From a virus: DNA of 64,000 bases. This document shows positions 1-9,462 of this stretch, one piece after another. Where the stretch lies: positions 1 through 64,000 of IMG/VR virus record IMGVR_UViG_3300037782_000115; one strand, written 5' to 3'. A program made the position numbers and the translations under genes. The notes beneath the pieces were generated by a model. That model had not been told where the DNA came from. It worked only from the letters and a program-made list of their open reading frames with translations, and did not search any database. Position 1 is the stretch's first letter. Every line of letters begins with the position of its first letter.

Positions 1-1
1 C

Positions 2-121
2 GGCGGCAGGGGCCCCCTGACACTGACCAGCACATTCGAGGGCTTCCGAGACCCGGTTCTCGGCACAGACATCATGCTGGCCATCACCAACAACGACCCG
101 TCGATCTCGACCGCTGCATAA
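2..121 (+). CDS. 3' end of a probable major tail tube protein (partial)
   Basis: Reads GGRGPLTLTSTFEGFRDPVLGTDIMLAITNNDPSISTAA*; aligns by eye with the C-terminus (SGRGPAKMDFSF...) of the next ORF; followed by a terminator-like hairpin. Confidence 0.6.
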   Translation, partial: GGRGPLTLTSTFEGFRDPVLGTDIMLAITNNDPSISTAA

Positions 122-152
122 AGCGCGCCGCGATAGCCCCCAGCACGGCCGC

Positions 153-186
153 GTGAAACGCCCCGCTCGTCGCGGGGTGTTTTCAC
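153..186 (+). terminator. Intrinsic terminator-like hairpin, possibly bidirectional
   Basis: GTGAAACGCCCCGC-TCGTC-GCGGGGTGTTTTCAC downstream of the stop at 121. Confidence 0.65.
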
Positions 187-217
187 ATGCGCACGAAGTC
201 GTCTATGCTGATAGCCG

Positions 218-1279
218 ATGCCGCCAACATGCAGACAACTCACTCCGAGGTCGCACAGCACGAAGATATACCTGTGCGAAGAGGCCGCCTACGGGGTGTA
301 CCAGGAAGGCCAGACGCCCGTTTATGTGCCGGTCTCGAGCGAGTCGATCCGCCCATCACACAAACAGGGCGGGACGCGACACTCGATCGAATCAGGCTCG
401 TCTCCACAAGAGACTGGCAGCACGGGCAGGATGGACCTGCGCGGCGACATCCTCACAGAGTTCGCGACAAACGGGTGGGGCCCGCTTCTGCTCAAGCACG
501 CCACGAGCTCGAGCGTGAGCTCCACGACCGGCGAGGGTGGCTTCGACAACCACGCCTCCTGTGTCGGGCCCGGGTCGCTCCTGCCGGTCGGCATGTCGAT
601 CGACAAGGTGTTTCAATACCCAGACGGGACGATTTACAACATCCGCAATCTGGGCTGCCGCATCGACAACCTAACCCTGAGATTTGGGCTCAACCTCCCG
701 GTATCGATGCGAGCACAATGGATCGGCAAAGACTACCAGAGGCTCACCGCCGGCCCGGCGTCCAGCCGTAGCTACCCATCGGACCCGGTCATGAAGGGCA
801 ATGACTTCACGGTGGCGCTCGATATCAATAACGACGGGACCGCCGAGGCGATGCTCGGTGTTGTGCGGGGCGAATTCACAATCGCCAACGGGCTCGGGGG
901 CGGGTCGTACGGCATTGAGGCCGCGGGCGTGAAAGACCGGGTGCCGCAAGGCAAGAGAACGGTGTTTGGTAGGCTTGAGACGACGTTTCTAAAGGCCCAC
1001 GAAACGATCATGGACCGCTGGATCAACAACGACCCGATCGGAATGATGCTCAGCGGTGTCGTGGCGGGGGACTCGAACCAGTTCGCGCACTTCGGCTTCT
1101 CAGCGGTTAGGCTTCGGGGGACGCCGGTCCCACAGGTATCGGGCCGCGGGCCGGCGAAGATGGATTTCTCGTTCATCGCAGAGGTTGGGGACGACGACTG
1201 CCAATTTGAGTGGGAAGTTCAGAACCTAGAGAGTGGCGTTCACACCGGGGCAATCACAAGGAACGAATCAGAAACATAG
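218..1279 (+). CDS. Tail tube-like protein (second paralogue)
   Basis: 353 aa; N-terminal EEAAYG motif, G.R.V.G.L segment, C-terminal SGRGP..M.F.F; directly upstream of chaperone and tape measure genes. Confidence 0.7.
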   Translation: MPPTCRQLTPRSHSTKIYLCEEAAYGVYQEGQTPVYVPVSSESIRPSHKQGGTRHSIESGSSPQETGSTGRMDLRGDILTEFATNGWGPLLLKHATSSSVSSTTGEGGFDNHASCVGPGSLLPVGMSIDKVFQYPDGTIYNIRNLGCRIDNLTLRFGLNLPVSMRAQWIGKDYQRLTAGPASSRSYPSDPVMKGNDFTVALDINNDGTAEAMLGVVRGEFTIANGLGGGSYGIEAAGVKDRVPQGKRTVFGRLETTFLKAHETIMDRWINNDPIGMMLSGVVAGDSNQFAHFGFSAVRLRGTPVPQVSGRGPAKMDFSFIAEVGDDDCQFEWEVQNLESGVHTGAITRNESET

Positions 1280-1288
1280 GAGATTTCC

Positions 1289-1843
1289 ATGAGCATCAGT
1301 CTGGCGGATTTTATCGAGCGGCCCACCAAGCAGAACTTCTGCTACGTCGAGGACGAGATCATGGGTCTCGTTGTTCGCGACGATGAGACGGACAAGCGCA
1401 AGGTCGTCATGGAGCTCGAGATCGAGTACCGAACACCGAAAGAGGTGCAGGAGATCCTCGGAAGAGGCGTGAACTACACCCGGAAGGCGATCAAGAAGGG
1501 CGGGGTCAAGGGCCTGGTCGCCGACAGCGACAAATCCAAGGTCGCCATGTGCTCAGAGGTCCTGGTCGGCTGGAGAATGACAGGCAAGGCGCTGCGGCTT
1601 CTGGAGTTCCCCGGCCGTGTGCCGGACCCGGCGGCCGAAATCGATTTCACTCCCGAGAATGTCCAGATCATGGCCGAAAAGACCCTGCTTAGCGGCGTGG
1701 TCAACGAGGCGGTAACGACGTACTCGTACTGGTTCCCTGATGGGGTGGAAGAAGAGGCGGAAAACGAAGTCGCCGCCGACGACCGCATGGAGGACTCGGA
1801 AAAAAACTCCGAATCTGGCTCGAGTGGGAGTTCGAGTCAGTAA
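1289..1843 (+). CDS. Tail assembly chaperone (gpG-like)
   Basis: AGGAG RBS; acidic 184 aa protein between tail tube and tape measure; slippery heptamer near its 3' end. Confidence 0.75.
   Translation: MSISLADFIERPTKQNFCYVEDEIMGLVVRDDETDKRKVVMELEIEYRTPKEVQEILGRGVNYTRKAIKKGGVKGLVADSDKSKVAMCSEVLVGWRMTGKALRLLEFPGRVPDPAAEIDFTPENVQIMAEKTLLSGVVNEAVTTYSYWFPDGVEEEAENEVAADDRMEDSEKNSESGSSGSSSQ
1801..1807 (+). other. Programmed -1 ribosomal frameshift site A AAA AAC
   Basis: GAA AAA AAC in the chaperone frame; the -1 frame is open from 1804 to TAG at 2289. Confidence 0.8.
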
Positions 1844-2289
1844 CCTGCCGCGACTGCATTCACAACAGCATGACTGAGTATCAGATGCACAACAGTGTGA
1901 ACATCACGCTGGAGGGCGAGGATCTGACCGAGAATGTTCACACGATCCACAACCAAGAAACCGGTGAGACCCTTGTAGGGAGGGTTCCGGAGGACGCGCT
2001 GCCGGACTGCGACACGTGCCCGAGGCCAGAGCTCGGGCCGGTCAACGCCATGGCATTCTTGCTCTTTACCAGGATCCAGAACGAGATGTTGGTCTCAGAG
2101 ATGAGTGGCCACGTGCGAGGGCTGCCGTTTAGGGCCAAGACACATGTGGTTGAGTGGTATGCAAAGGAAGGCCGGATCGATGACCCAGAGGTAATGCTCG
2201 AGCGAATCGACATTATTGACAAGGCATATTGCAAGGTGGCCAACGCCAGGGCCGATGCGAAAAACAACACCACCGGGGGCAAGACATAG
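1804..2289 (+). CDS. Frameshifted C-terminal part of tail assembly chaperone (gpT-like)
   Basis: -1 frame reads KLRIWLEWEFESVTCRDCIHNSMTEY... and is in frame with track ORF 1870-2289; CxxC...CxxC. Confidence 0.75.
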   Translation, partial: KLRIWLEWEFESVTCRDCIHNSMTEYQMHNSVNITLEGEDLTENVHTIHNQETGETLVGRVPEDALPDCDTCPRPELGPVNAMAFLLFTRIQNEMLVSEMSGHVRGLPFRAKTHVVEWYAKEGRIDDPEVMLERIDIIDKAYCKVANARADAKNNTTGGKT

Positions 2290-2304
2290 CCGCAAAGCCG
2301 GCAT

Positions 2305-2314
2305 TGCGTCTAAT
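2305..2314 (+). promoter_or_regulatory. TGCGTCTAAT motif 5 nt before the tape measure ATG (putative phage promoter -10, near-leaderless mRNA)
   Basis: Identical 10-mer at identical spacing also precedes the ATG at 29828; neither gene has an SD. Confidence 0.5.
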
Positions 2315-2319
2315 CAAGC

Positions 2320-5300
2320 ATGAGTCGTATCGAGAGCCTGCTATCGATCTTGATCAACGTCGAGGACAAGGGTCTCGGTACGATCAACAAGACCCAGGCG
2401 GCCTACAAAGCACTTCTCAGCGAAGAGGCGAAGGTCCAGCGCCAGCGGAAGCAGTTTGGCGACGAGACAAAAACCCTGATCGCGCTCCAGGAGCAGTTCA
2501 TCAGTACCATCGAGGATGCTGGCCGCAAGCAACTCGAGACGCTTCGAAACGAGCGTGCGCTGGAAAAATCAAGGCAGGACCAGCGGAAGTCTGTTCGCGA
2601 CTACCAAATAGCCCTTGCGCAGCTTGCCCGGGAGACGGGCGACCTTGATGCCGCTGAGAAACACCTCGGCCAGGCGATGCACGTTACGAACGAGAATACC
2701 GAGGAGGCGATCAGGATCCAGCGGGAGTACGCCCGGGTGCTCGACGCCAGGAAGCGCAAGGCAGCAGAGACCGCGGCCGATCTTGGGAAGCAGGCACTCG
2801 CCGAGGCGGCCGTCGCCCGCGCGGCGGGCAACACCGCGCTCGAGATCAAACTGCTCAACCAGGTGCTCAAGCGGACCGACATCGATTCGAAGTCGCTCGC
2901 GACCGCGCAGCTCCAGCTTGAGCGGGCGATGCGTAGGCAGGCCACAGAGGCCGCCAGGGGCCGCCGAGAGCTCGAGCGGCTTCGGAGAGAGGCCAACCTC
3001 GCTCGCCGCGCCGTGAACAGCATCACCACGGCTTACAACATCTTCACGAGGGCGTTGGCTTCTGGCGTGCTGATTGGGTTCACGATCAGGACAATCGGGC
3101 GGACGCTCGAGCGATTTATCTTGGACCCGATCGTCGAGATCACCAAGGGGACGCTGGGCGTCACAGACCGATTCCGCCGTCTCGACGCCACTCTTCTCGG
3201 TGTGGTCGGATCGATGCGGGCCGTGCGCAGCCTTACCCGAGACATCAACACGGCCGCTGGCGGCCTGCCGGTGACCTCGCAAGAGGCCATCAGCGGCGTG
3301 CGAGGTCTCGCGTTCACGCCCGGAACAGCCGGCATTCTCCAGAATGAATCGCCCGACCGCGAGGAGAAGATCAACAACATCCTCCAGATCCTGACCGGCC
3401 TGGCCACGATCGACCCTGATCAGGGTGTTGAGGGCGCAAGGTTCGCTGTTCGTGAGGCGTTGGCCGGCGAGTTCCGATCGCTGCGTTTCCGGTTCGAGGT
3501 CTCGCCCGAGGTGGTCGCGGCCACCGTTGGCGCAAACCTGGAGGACCTCAAGGCCGACCCCGAGCTCACGATCCAGGCTCTGCGAAACTTCACAGACACC
3601 TTCATTGGCCCAGAGGCGATCGAGCAGTTCACCGAGCTGCTTTCGGTACGCGGCAACATCCTGCGCGGCGGGCTCGAGGAATACTTCAACCTGATCGGCG
3701 GAGAGGGTATCTACGACAGGGTCGGCAACATCGTGGGCAATCTCGGCCAAAGGCTCACAGCCGGCGTTCGCGAGGGTGACACCGGAGTTGCCCGATCGGC
3801 ACAGCTGATCAATGTCTCGCTCGAGAACCTTCTGGACAACCTCGTCACAATCCTTGAGGACGTGGTGCTCAGGCTGACGGGCGTGTCTGTCGATCTCAGT
3901 GATGACTTCAACAACCTGGACATCGAGCAGGTGTCGATTGTCGTGGCGTCGCTCGTCGACGGTCTGACGAGCTTGCTTCTCGTGATACTCGATATCACCC
4001 CGGCGATCGCGTCGGCCGTTTCGACGGTTATCGATCTGATTCCCGGCGTCGACTCGAAGCCTTTTGATCAGGCCGGTCTCGAGAAGTCGATCGCTGAGGA
4101 ATCCGAGAAGCGAAGGGCACTCAACAAAACACTAGAGGATTACCGGCGCACAGTCGTGGGCCTCAGCGCGTTCGCCGAGCTCGGCGGCAACGTGGACGGC
4201 GAGGCGGGCGAGGGGACGATCGACGCCAGAAGAGACCTGGAGAAGTTCTTCGCCGACAAGCTCGACAAAGACGGCTTTACGCTTGGCAATAGGCGTTTCG
4301 AGGATCTGTTCTCTGACGAAGCAATCCGAGATCTGGCCGAGAAGAGAATCGGGGCGTACACCAGGGGGATACAGGAGTATGAGGACAAGATCGAGGAGGT
4401 CAACCGGAGCATAGAATCAGATCTCAAGCGACTCAAGATCTTGGACAAGCTCTCTATCCTCGGCGACTCGCTGGTTGATGCCGGGATCCAGTCTGCCGAG
4501 CCGTTTGACATGTTCATCAAGAGGCTGCGCGGCGGCTCACAAGAGATTGTTAAGTCACTCGGCAACACGTCACTCCTGTTCGACCAGACGGCGAGGGATC
4601 TGCCGGACATTCAGAAGTCCACCTTCTTCTCGGCTAGCGTCGATCGCCTGGGTAGCGCGATCGATGATCTGTACAACCCGGACAACACGGGCTCGCTCGC
4701 GTTTGTGGTGAACCGGTCCGAACAGAAGCTTGCAGAATTGCGGGTCAAGGCGCAGGCCGCGTTTGCCGAGCTGAGCAGTAGTGCCCAGACCCAGGCGTCT
4801 CTGGCGCTGTCGGGGCAGAGCCCGATCGAATCGGTTCGGTCGCTCGTGCCCGAGACAGCGTCGCTTGTGGCCATCCTCCGAGAGATCCAGCGGATCCAGG
4901 ACGCCCAGAGGGCGACCCAGGACGGCATTGCAGAGAGCGCGAAGAACAAGCTCCTCGGAGTCGTCCAGTCGTCCGAGGGTTTCACGCGACAACTGCCGCC
5001 CGTCGCGCAGATCCGCCAGACTTCCGATGTGCTCGGGTTCTCCGGCGCGACGCTGCCGCAGAGCGTGATCGACATCCTCTCTGGGCAGGACGCCAGGCGC
5101 CTTGGCCAGAACGAGCCCTCGCAGTTTTTGGGCCAGCTCGAGTCGGCTTCGAACCAGATCGGGCTTAGCGGCCTTGACCGGCTCGACCCGAACCTGATCG
5201 ACACGTACACGCGATCGATCGACAACCTCGGCGACTCAGTCGAGGATTATGCGGGCGACGCCGACCTCGGCCGTCAGGTCACAGAGGACCTGGCCGATCA

Positions 5301-5970
5301 GTTCATTGAGCTCTTCCAAGCCCTAGGCGAGACAGCCGCCGGCGAGGAGATGCGTGACCAGATCAATATTGCCATCGAGAAGCTGGAAGAGCTCAAGAAG
5401 AGGGGCGAAGAAACCGCAACCGATCTGGAGAAGAACTTCGCCCAGGTCGCGCAGGCTATCAGCGAGTCGTTTGGCGGCGGCCTCACCGACGGCATTGTCG
5501 GCGCGTTTGAAGAGGGCGCAAGCGGCGCCAGGGCGGCCATGGATGAGATGTTCCGGTCGATCCAGAAGATCATCCTGCGGCTCATTATCGAGTTCACAGT
5601 CCTCCGCGGCGTGGTAAACCCGATCTTGAACAACAGCTTTGGGCTGACAGGCCAGAACGCACTGCCAACGCTTGGCGCGACCGGCATGGTCCTCGGCGGC
5701 AACGGCATCCGTCCGTACGCGCAGGGCGGCATCATCGATCGTCCGTTCTCGTTCCCCACGGGCGGCGGCGGGACCGGACTGGTCGGCGAGGAGACGCCCG
5801 AGGCCGTCCTTCCGCTACGCGCCGACGCAAGCGGCAATATCGGCGTGATCAACGCCGGCGGTGGCCGCGGCGGAAACACAATCATTTTCAAGGTGTACAC
5901 TCAGGATGCCGACAGTTTCCGCAGGTCGAAAGCGCAGACCATCCGACACCTGAAATCGATTGGAATATAA
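2320..5970 (+). CDS. Tail tape measure protein
   Basis: 1216 aa helical, Ala/Leu/Glu-rich; C-terminal YAQGGIIDRP...GLVGEETPEAVLPL motif typical of TMPs; follows the chaperone. Confidence 0.9.
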   Translation: MSRIESLLSILINVEDKGLGTINKTQAAYKALLSEEAKVQRQRKQFGDETKTLIALQEQFISTIEDAGRKQLETLRNERALEKSRQDQRKSVRDYQIALAQLARETGDLDAAEKHLGQAMHVTNENTEEAIRIQREYARVLDARKRKAAETAADLGKQALAEAAVARAAGNTALEIKLLNQVLKRTDIDSKSLATAQLQLERAMRRQATEAARGRRELERLRREANLARRAVNSITTAYNIFTRALASGVLIGFTIRTIGRTLERFILDPIVEITKGTLGVTDRFRRLDATLLGVVGSMRAVRSLTRDINTAAGGLPVTSQEAISGVRGLAFTPGTAGILQNESPDREEKINNILQILTGLATIDPDQGVEGARFAVREALAGEFRSLRFRFEVSPEVVAATVGANLEDLKADPELTIQALRNFTDTFIGPEAIEQFTELLSVRGNILRGGLEEYFNLIGGEGIYDRVGNIVGNLGQRLTAGVREGDTGVARSAQLINVSLENLLDNLVTILEDVVLRLTGVSVDLSDDFNNLDIEQVSIVVASLVDGLTSLLLVILDITPAIASAVSTVIDLIPGVDSKPFDQAGLEKSIAEESEKRRALNKTLEDYRRTVVGLSAFAELGGNVDGEAGEGTIDARRDLEKFFADKLDKDGFTLGNRRFEDLFSDEAIRDLAEKRIGAYTRGIQEYEDKIEEVNRSIESDLKRLKILDKLSILGDSLVDAGIQSAEPFDMFIKRLRGGSQEIVKSLGNTSLLFDQTARDLPDIQKSTFFSASVDRLGSAIDDLYNPDNTGSLAFVVNRSEQKLAELRVKAQAAFAELSSSAQTQASLALSGQSPIESVRSLVPETASLVAILREIQRIQDAQRATQDGIAESAKNKLLGVVQSSEGFTRQLPPVAQIRQTSDVLGFSGATLPQSVIDILSGQDARRLGQNEPSQFLGQLESASNQIGLSGLDRLDPNLIDTYTRSIDNLGDSVEDYAGDADLGRQVTEDLADQFIELFQALGETAAGEEMRDQINIAIEKLEELKKRGEETATDLEKNFAQVAQAISESFGGGLTDGIVGAFEEGASGARAAMDEMFRSIQKIILRLIIEFTVLRGVVNPILNNSFGLTGQNALPTLGATGMVLGGNGIRPYAQGGIIDRPFSFPTGGGGTGLVGEETPEAVLPLRADASGNIGVINAGGGRGGNTIIFKVYTQDADSFRRSKAQTIRHLKSIGI

Positions 5971-5983
5971 GGGGGGCGGCTCG

Positions 5984-6940
5984 GTGTTTGACGAGATTCA
6001 ATTCCCAAAGGGCATCGTCGACTACGGGACGCAGGGCGGGCCTGGCGCCAAGACCACGATCACCGAGGTCGACAGTGGCCAGGAAGAACGTGTCGGCCGG
6101 TGGGGATCTCCAAGGCACCGCTATCAGGTCAACCTGATCGATCGATCCAATGCTGACATCGCGGCCCTGAGAACCTTCGCGATTGCCCGGCAGGGATCTC
6201 TCCGTGGGTTCCGATTCAAGGACCACAACGACTTCACAACGGCAGCCGATGGGGTGAGTGCTGCGGCCAACAACGATGTGCAGATCGGTGTCGGTGATGG
6301 CACCACAACCCGGTTCTCAATGGTCAAGAAGTACACCAGTGGCCTTTCAACCATCAGCCGCCGGATATGGAAACCGGTCGACGGCACGACGCTTGTGGCT
6401 GTTGACGGTACGCCACTGACGGCTGGCGCCCAGTTCACGGTCGACACCACTTACGGCGACATCATTCTTGGTAGTGCTCCCAGCGAGGGTGATGCGGTCA
6501 CCTATGGGACAGAGTTCGACGTGCCGGTTCGATTCGGCATCGAGACCGACGAATGGCTCGCCACGGTACGCGGCGACGTCGACGAGAACTCGGTCACCAC
6601 GCTCGGAATGGTCGAGCTCTTGAATCCGTCACCGGTCAATATCGACCGGCCTTTCTTCGGGTCCGCTACCAAGGTGATGTCTGGTCACATTGTGGTCTCG
6701 CTGCTCGAGGCCTCGCTGTATGTCGTGTCGCCACAGAGCAGTGGGCTCAACATCTATCTGCCAAACTCGGCAAACCTCCCCACGGGCGGGCCCCTCTGGA
6801 CAATCATCAATGATGGTGACAACCCGGTGGACATTGTGGATCACGAAGACACCACGGTAGCAACTGTCGCCGCCGGCCGCGGGGTCGATGTGTATCTCAG
6901 CACAGACGGCGACAGTGGGCTTGTGTGGTACGTGTTCTGA
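5984..6940 (+). CDS. DUF2460 (RcGTA gp12-like) distal tail protein with ~100 aa C-terminal extension
   Basis: FDEIQFP...GGP...SGQEER...W, GFRFKD..D, EFDVPVRF motifs; GTG start after AAGGGGGG. Confidence 0.85.
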   Translation: MFDEIQFPKGIVDYGTQGGPGAKTTITEVDSGQEERVGRWGSPRHRYQVNLIDRSNADIAALRTFAIARQGSLRGFRFKDHNDFTTAADGVSAAANNDVQIGVGDGTTTRFSMVKKYTSGLSTISRRIWKPVDGTTLVAVDGTPLTAGAQFTVDTTYGDIILGSAPSEGDAVTYGTEFDVPVRFGIETDEWLATVRGDVDENSVTTLGMVELLNPSPVNIDRPFFGSATKVMSGHIVVSLLEASLYVVSPQSSGLNIYLPNSANLPTGGPLWTIINDGDNPVDIVDHEDTTVATVAAGRGVDVYLSTDGDSGLVWYVF

Positions 6941-7266
6941 TGTATACCAAGGAACAATGGTACGGCGGCTCGCGCAACCTCACCGCGAACACAACGCTGT
7001 CGATGGGTGGACCACGGTTCAACCGGGACGACACCGACTCGGGCGCCGTGCACACACTGCCCGACCTCACGAACCACATACTCAACCCCAGAGATTACGG
7101 CCGGTGCCGGTTTGTGTTTGTGAGGACGAACCCGGGCAACTCAGTCATCCAGGACGCGTCCGCCACCGAGATAATCGGCCTGTATCAAGATCGCGGCGTT
7201 ATCATTTCGCTTTACGACAACAACGGGACGCCAGCGTGGAAGGCCATCGCGAGACTTCTGACCTAA
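6940..7266 (+). CDS. Small tail protein paralogous to the DUF2460 C-terminal extension
   Basis: TGATG overlap; collinear similarity to the extension (see findings). Confidence 0.6.
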   Translation: MYTKEQWYGGSRNLTANTTLSMGGPRFNRDDTDSGAVHTLPDLTNHILNPRDYGRCRFVFVRTNPGNSVIQDASATEIIGLYQDRGVIISLYDNNGTPAWKAIARLLT

Positions 7267-7301
7267 ACCGGCTTCCATTGAGATGATGGCGGGAGATCGT
7301 C

Positions 7302-9461
7302 ATGCTTGACATCAGAGATATGAACACGTCAGCGGCGGCCGGGGTTCGGTTCGATTACGCGTCAATGCCGTTCAACGGCTCGGACCCCGCGACATTCATG
7401 CTGCTGACCAGGCTGCGCTCGGGCGGTCTCGATCGGGACACAATGCCGGTCGGGCACCGCCACAAGCTGTTCCGCCTCGACGGCTCCACGTCGTACTTCG
7501 CCCAGATTGATCTGTACAACGGCGGCTCCGGGATCAAGCTGCGCACCTTCCTCCAGTACCGCAACTTCGGCGCTGTGAGCATCGAGGCGGACCCGGCAGA
7601 CCTCGGGCTCAGCGAGTGGAAGGATCTCGATGACAAGTGGCTCGTCATCGCGCTCCAGTACCTCGGCGGCTCGACGGCGCACAAGCAGTTCACCGGGATC
7701 TACTACCCCGGCGTGGGCTGGGACACCTACGAGGACACGGCGGGATCGACGCTCAACACGCTGACGCTCTCGACCCCCACCGGCTTCGACTTCGGGTGGA
7801 AGACGGGTGGCAACGCGAACGAGCGCCAGCCCTACTCGGACTTCAGCCGCTACTACCAGTTCCACGACGAGGAGTGGGATCTCGACACGTTCGACGCGGT
7901 GTGCGAGTCGCTGATCTCGGGCGACGTGCAGGGCTCGCTGACCGATCCGGTCGACCTGGTCGCCGAGCAGCGTGCTGGGTCCGCCAACTGCGCGTTCTAC
8001 GGACCGACGCGCCGCAACCGAAAGGTTGCACACGACGACGTGATCTATGTGGGCGACACCGTCATCACCGACATGATCCTCGGGGCTTACGACGCGAGTG
8101 CCGGCGACATCGTCGACATCACCGCGACGCTCTATGGCACCGGCAACCCCGTGATGACCGATCCCAACGACTACGGGTGGGACGAGCCCGACGATCTGGT
8201 CGGCGTGGCCGAGATGCGGCTCCCGACTCAGACCTCGGGCAGCCCAACAGCGTACGACTTCGACATAGCCGGCCACTCGGGTATCTCGGTCACGGGCATC
8301 ACCATGGTTAGCGACACAACCTGGGGACGTGGCATCAGCCTCTCGGACACGCCTTTGTACCCGGCCAGCCTCTCCTCAACGATTGAGGCCACCGTTACTC
8401 CCCATGAGCACCACGGCAATCAAAGCGTGGACTACGAGGGGGTGGGGTACAAAGAGATCGACATCCAGTTCACCGAGAACGCGGTAGCCAAAAACCTCCG
8501 CATGATCGTGGGCGTTGCGCAGGCCCCCGCATCACACTCGTTCACGATCCCGACACTGGCGGAGTTCAAGGCCAACTGGATCGCCGAGTGGTGGAACATG
8601 GCCGGCACCCAGACCACAGAGAACCCGAGCGGCCTGAGCTGGGGCGCTCAGGAGGGCCACCTCAACTTCGCCACCACGCGGCTGGTCCCCTCGATCGAGT
8701 CCGGGGTGCCAAACCAACTCATTTGGATGCCCTTCGGGCGCGTCCCGGACTCGGGCGGCAACCTGAACGTCGACGACTATGTGCTCATGCAGGAACAGCA
8801 CTCAGACAAGTCGCACCTCTATGACGAGTGGGACGACGCGATGCAAGCCTGTATCGACGCCGATCCGGACTGTATCGTCTACTGCTACATCGGCTCGCTC
8901 GACGTGAACGACGTGTGGACGGACTTTATCACCAATGTCGACCCGCAGGGGTTTGTCGAACGGCTGCTCGCGTCTCTCGAGCCATATCTCAAGTGGGAGC
9001 ACGTCCGGATCTGTTTCGATGATCCATACGGCTCAACGATCGATGAGGGCGAGGCCCGGTACGAGGCCTATGTGATGGTGCGCAACATTCTGCTGGAGAA
9101 GGGCCACAAGGTCTGGCTCGAACCGCGCCACCCCGCGGCCTACACGCAATGGAACGCGTCGAACGGTTGGGAGCGGGTCGTCGTCGACCCGCTCTGGTAC
9201 CGTACCAACCCCGCGTTCTTCTCGGATGCCTCGTCTAGCGCCACGGACGCGAATCTGGGCGACCTCATCCTGATGCACCCGTCACCAGGATCCCCCAGCT
9301 ACGCCAACGCGGCGTGGCTGGTACCCTACGCAGTCGCCGACAATATCTGGCACGGCGCCATGAGCGTGATATCGATTAGGGACTGGATCGAGGCCGGCGG
9401 AACGGTCGAGACGTTGTACAACGAGGTAGTATCCCTGCTCGAAGCTGTGGCGGGAGTCTGA
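7302..9461 (+). CDS. Putative tail-associated protein: lectin/LamG-like N-terminus and possible glycoside-hydrolase-like barrel
   Basis: 719 aa, GGGAG RBS; aromatic/acidic beta-rich N-half; C-half with WMPFGR, VYCYIGS, ICFDD, VWLEP strands. Confidence 0.45.
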   Translation: MLDIRDMNTSAAAGVRFDYASMPFNGSDPATFMLLTRLRSGGLDRDTMPVGHRHKLFRLDGSTSYFAQIDLYNGGSGIKLRTFLQYRNFGAVSIEADPADLGLSEWKDLDDKWLVIALQYLGGSTAHKQFTGIYYPGVGWDTYEDTAGSTLNTLTLSTPTGFDFGWKTGGNANERQPYSDFSRYYQFHDEEWDLDTFDAVCESLISGDVQGSLTDPVDLVAEQRAGSANCAFYGPTRRNRKVAHDDVIYVGDTVITDMILGAYDASAGDIVDITATLYGTGNPVMTDPNDYGWDEPDDLVGVAEMRLPTQTSGSPTAYDFDIAGHSGISVTGITMVSDTTWGRGISLSDTPLYPASLSSTIEATVTPHEHHGNQSVDYEGVGYKEIDIQFTENAVAKNLRMIVGVAQAPASHSFTIPTLAEFKANWIAEWWNMAGTQTTENPSGLSWGAQEGHLNFATTRLVPSIESGVPNQLIWMPFGRVPDSGGNLNVDDYVLMQEQHSDKSHLYDEWDDAMQACIDADPDCIVYCYIGSLDVNDVWTDFITNVDPQGFVERLLASLEPYLKWEHVRICFDDPYGSTIDEGEARYEAYVMVRNILLEKGHKVWLEPRHPAAYTQWNASNGWERVVVDPLWYRTNPAFFSDASSSATDANLGDLILMHPSPGSPSYANAAWLVPYAVADNIWHGAMSVISIRDWIEAGGTVETLYNEVVSLLEAVAGV

Positions 9462-9462
9462 T

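Noticed and set aside
2569-3750. 393 aa minus-strand ORF and similar ORFs opposite the tail genes
   Set aside because: Antisense to the tape measure and other clearly real genes; codon-bias artefact
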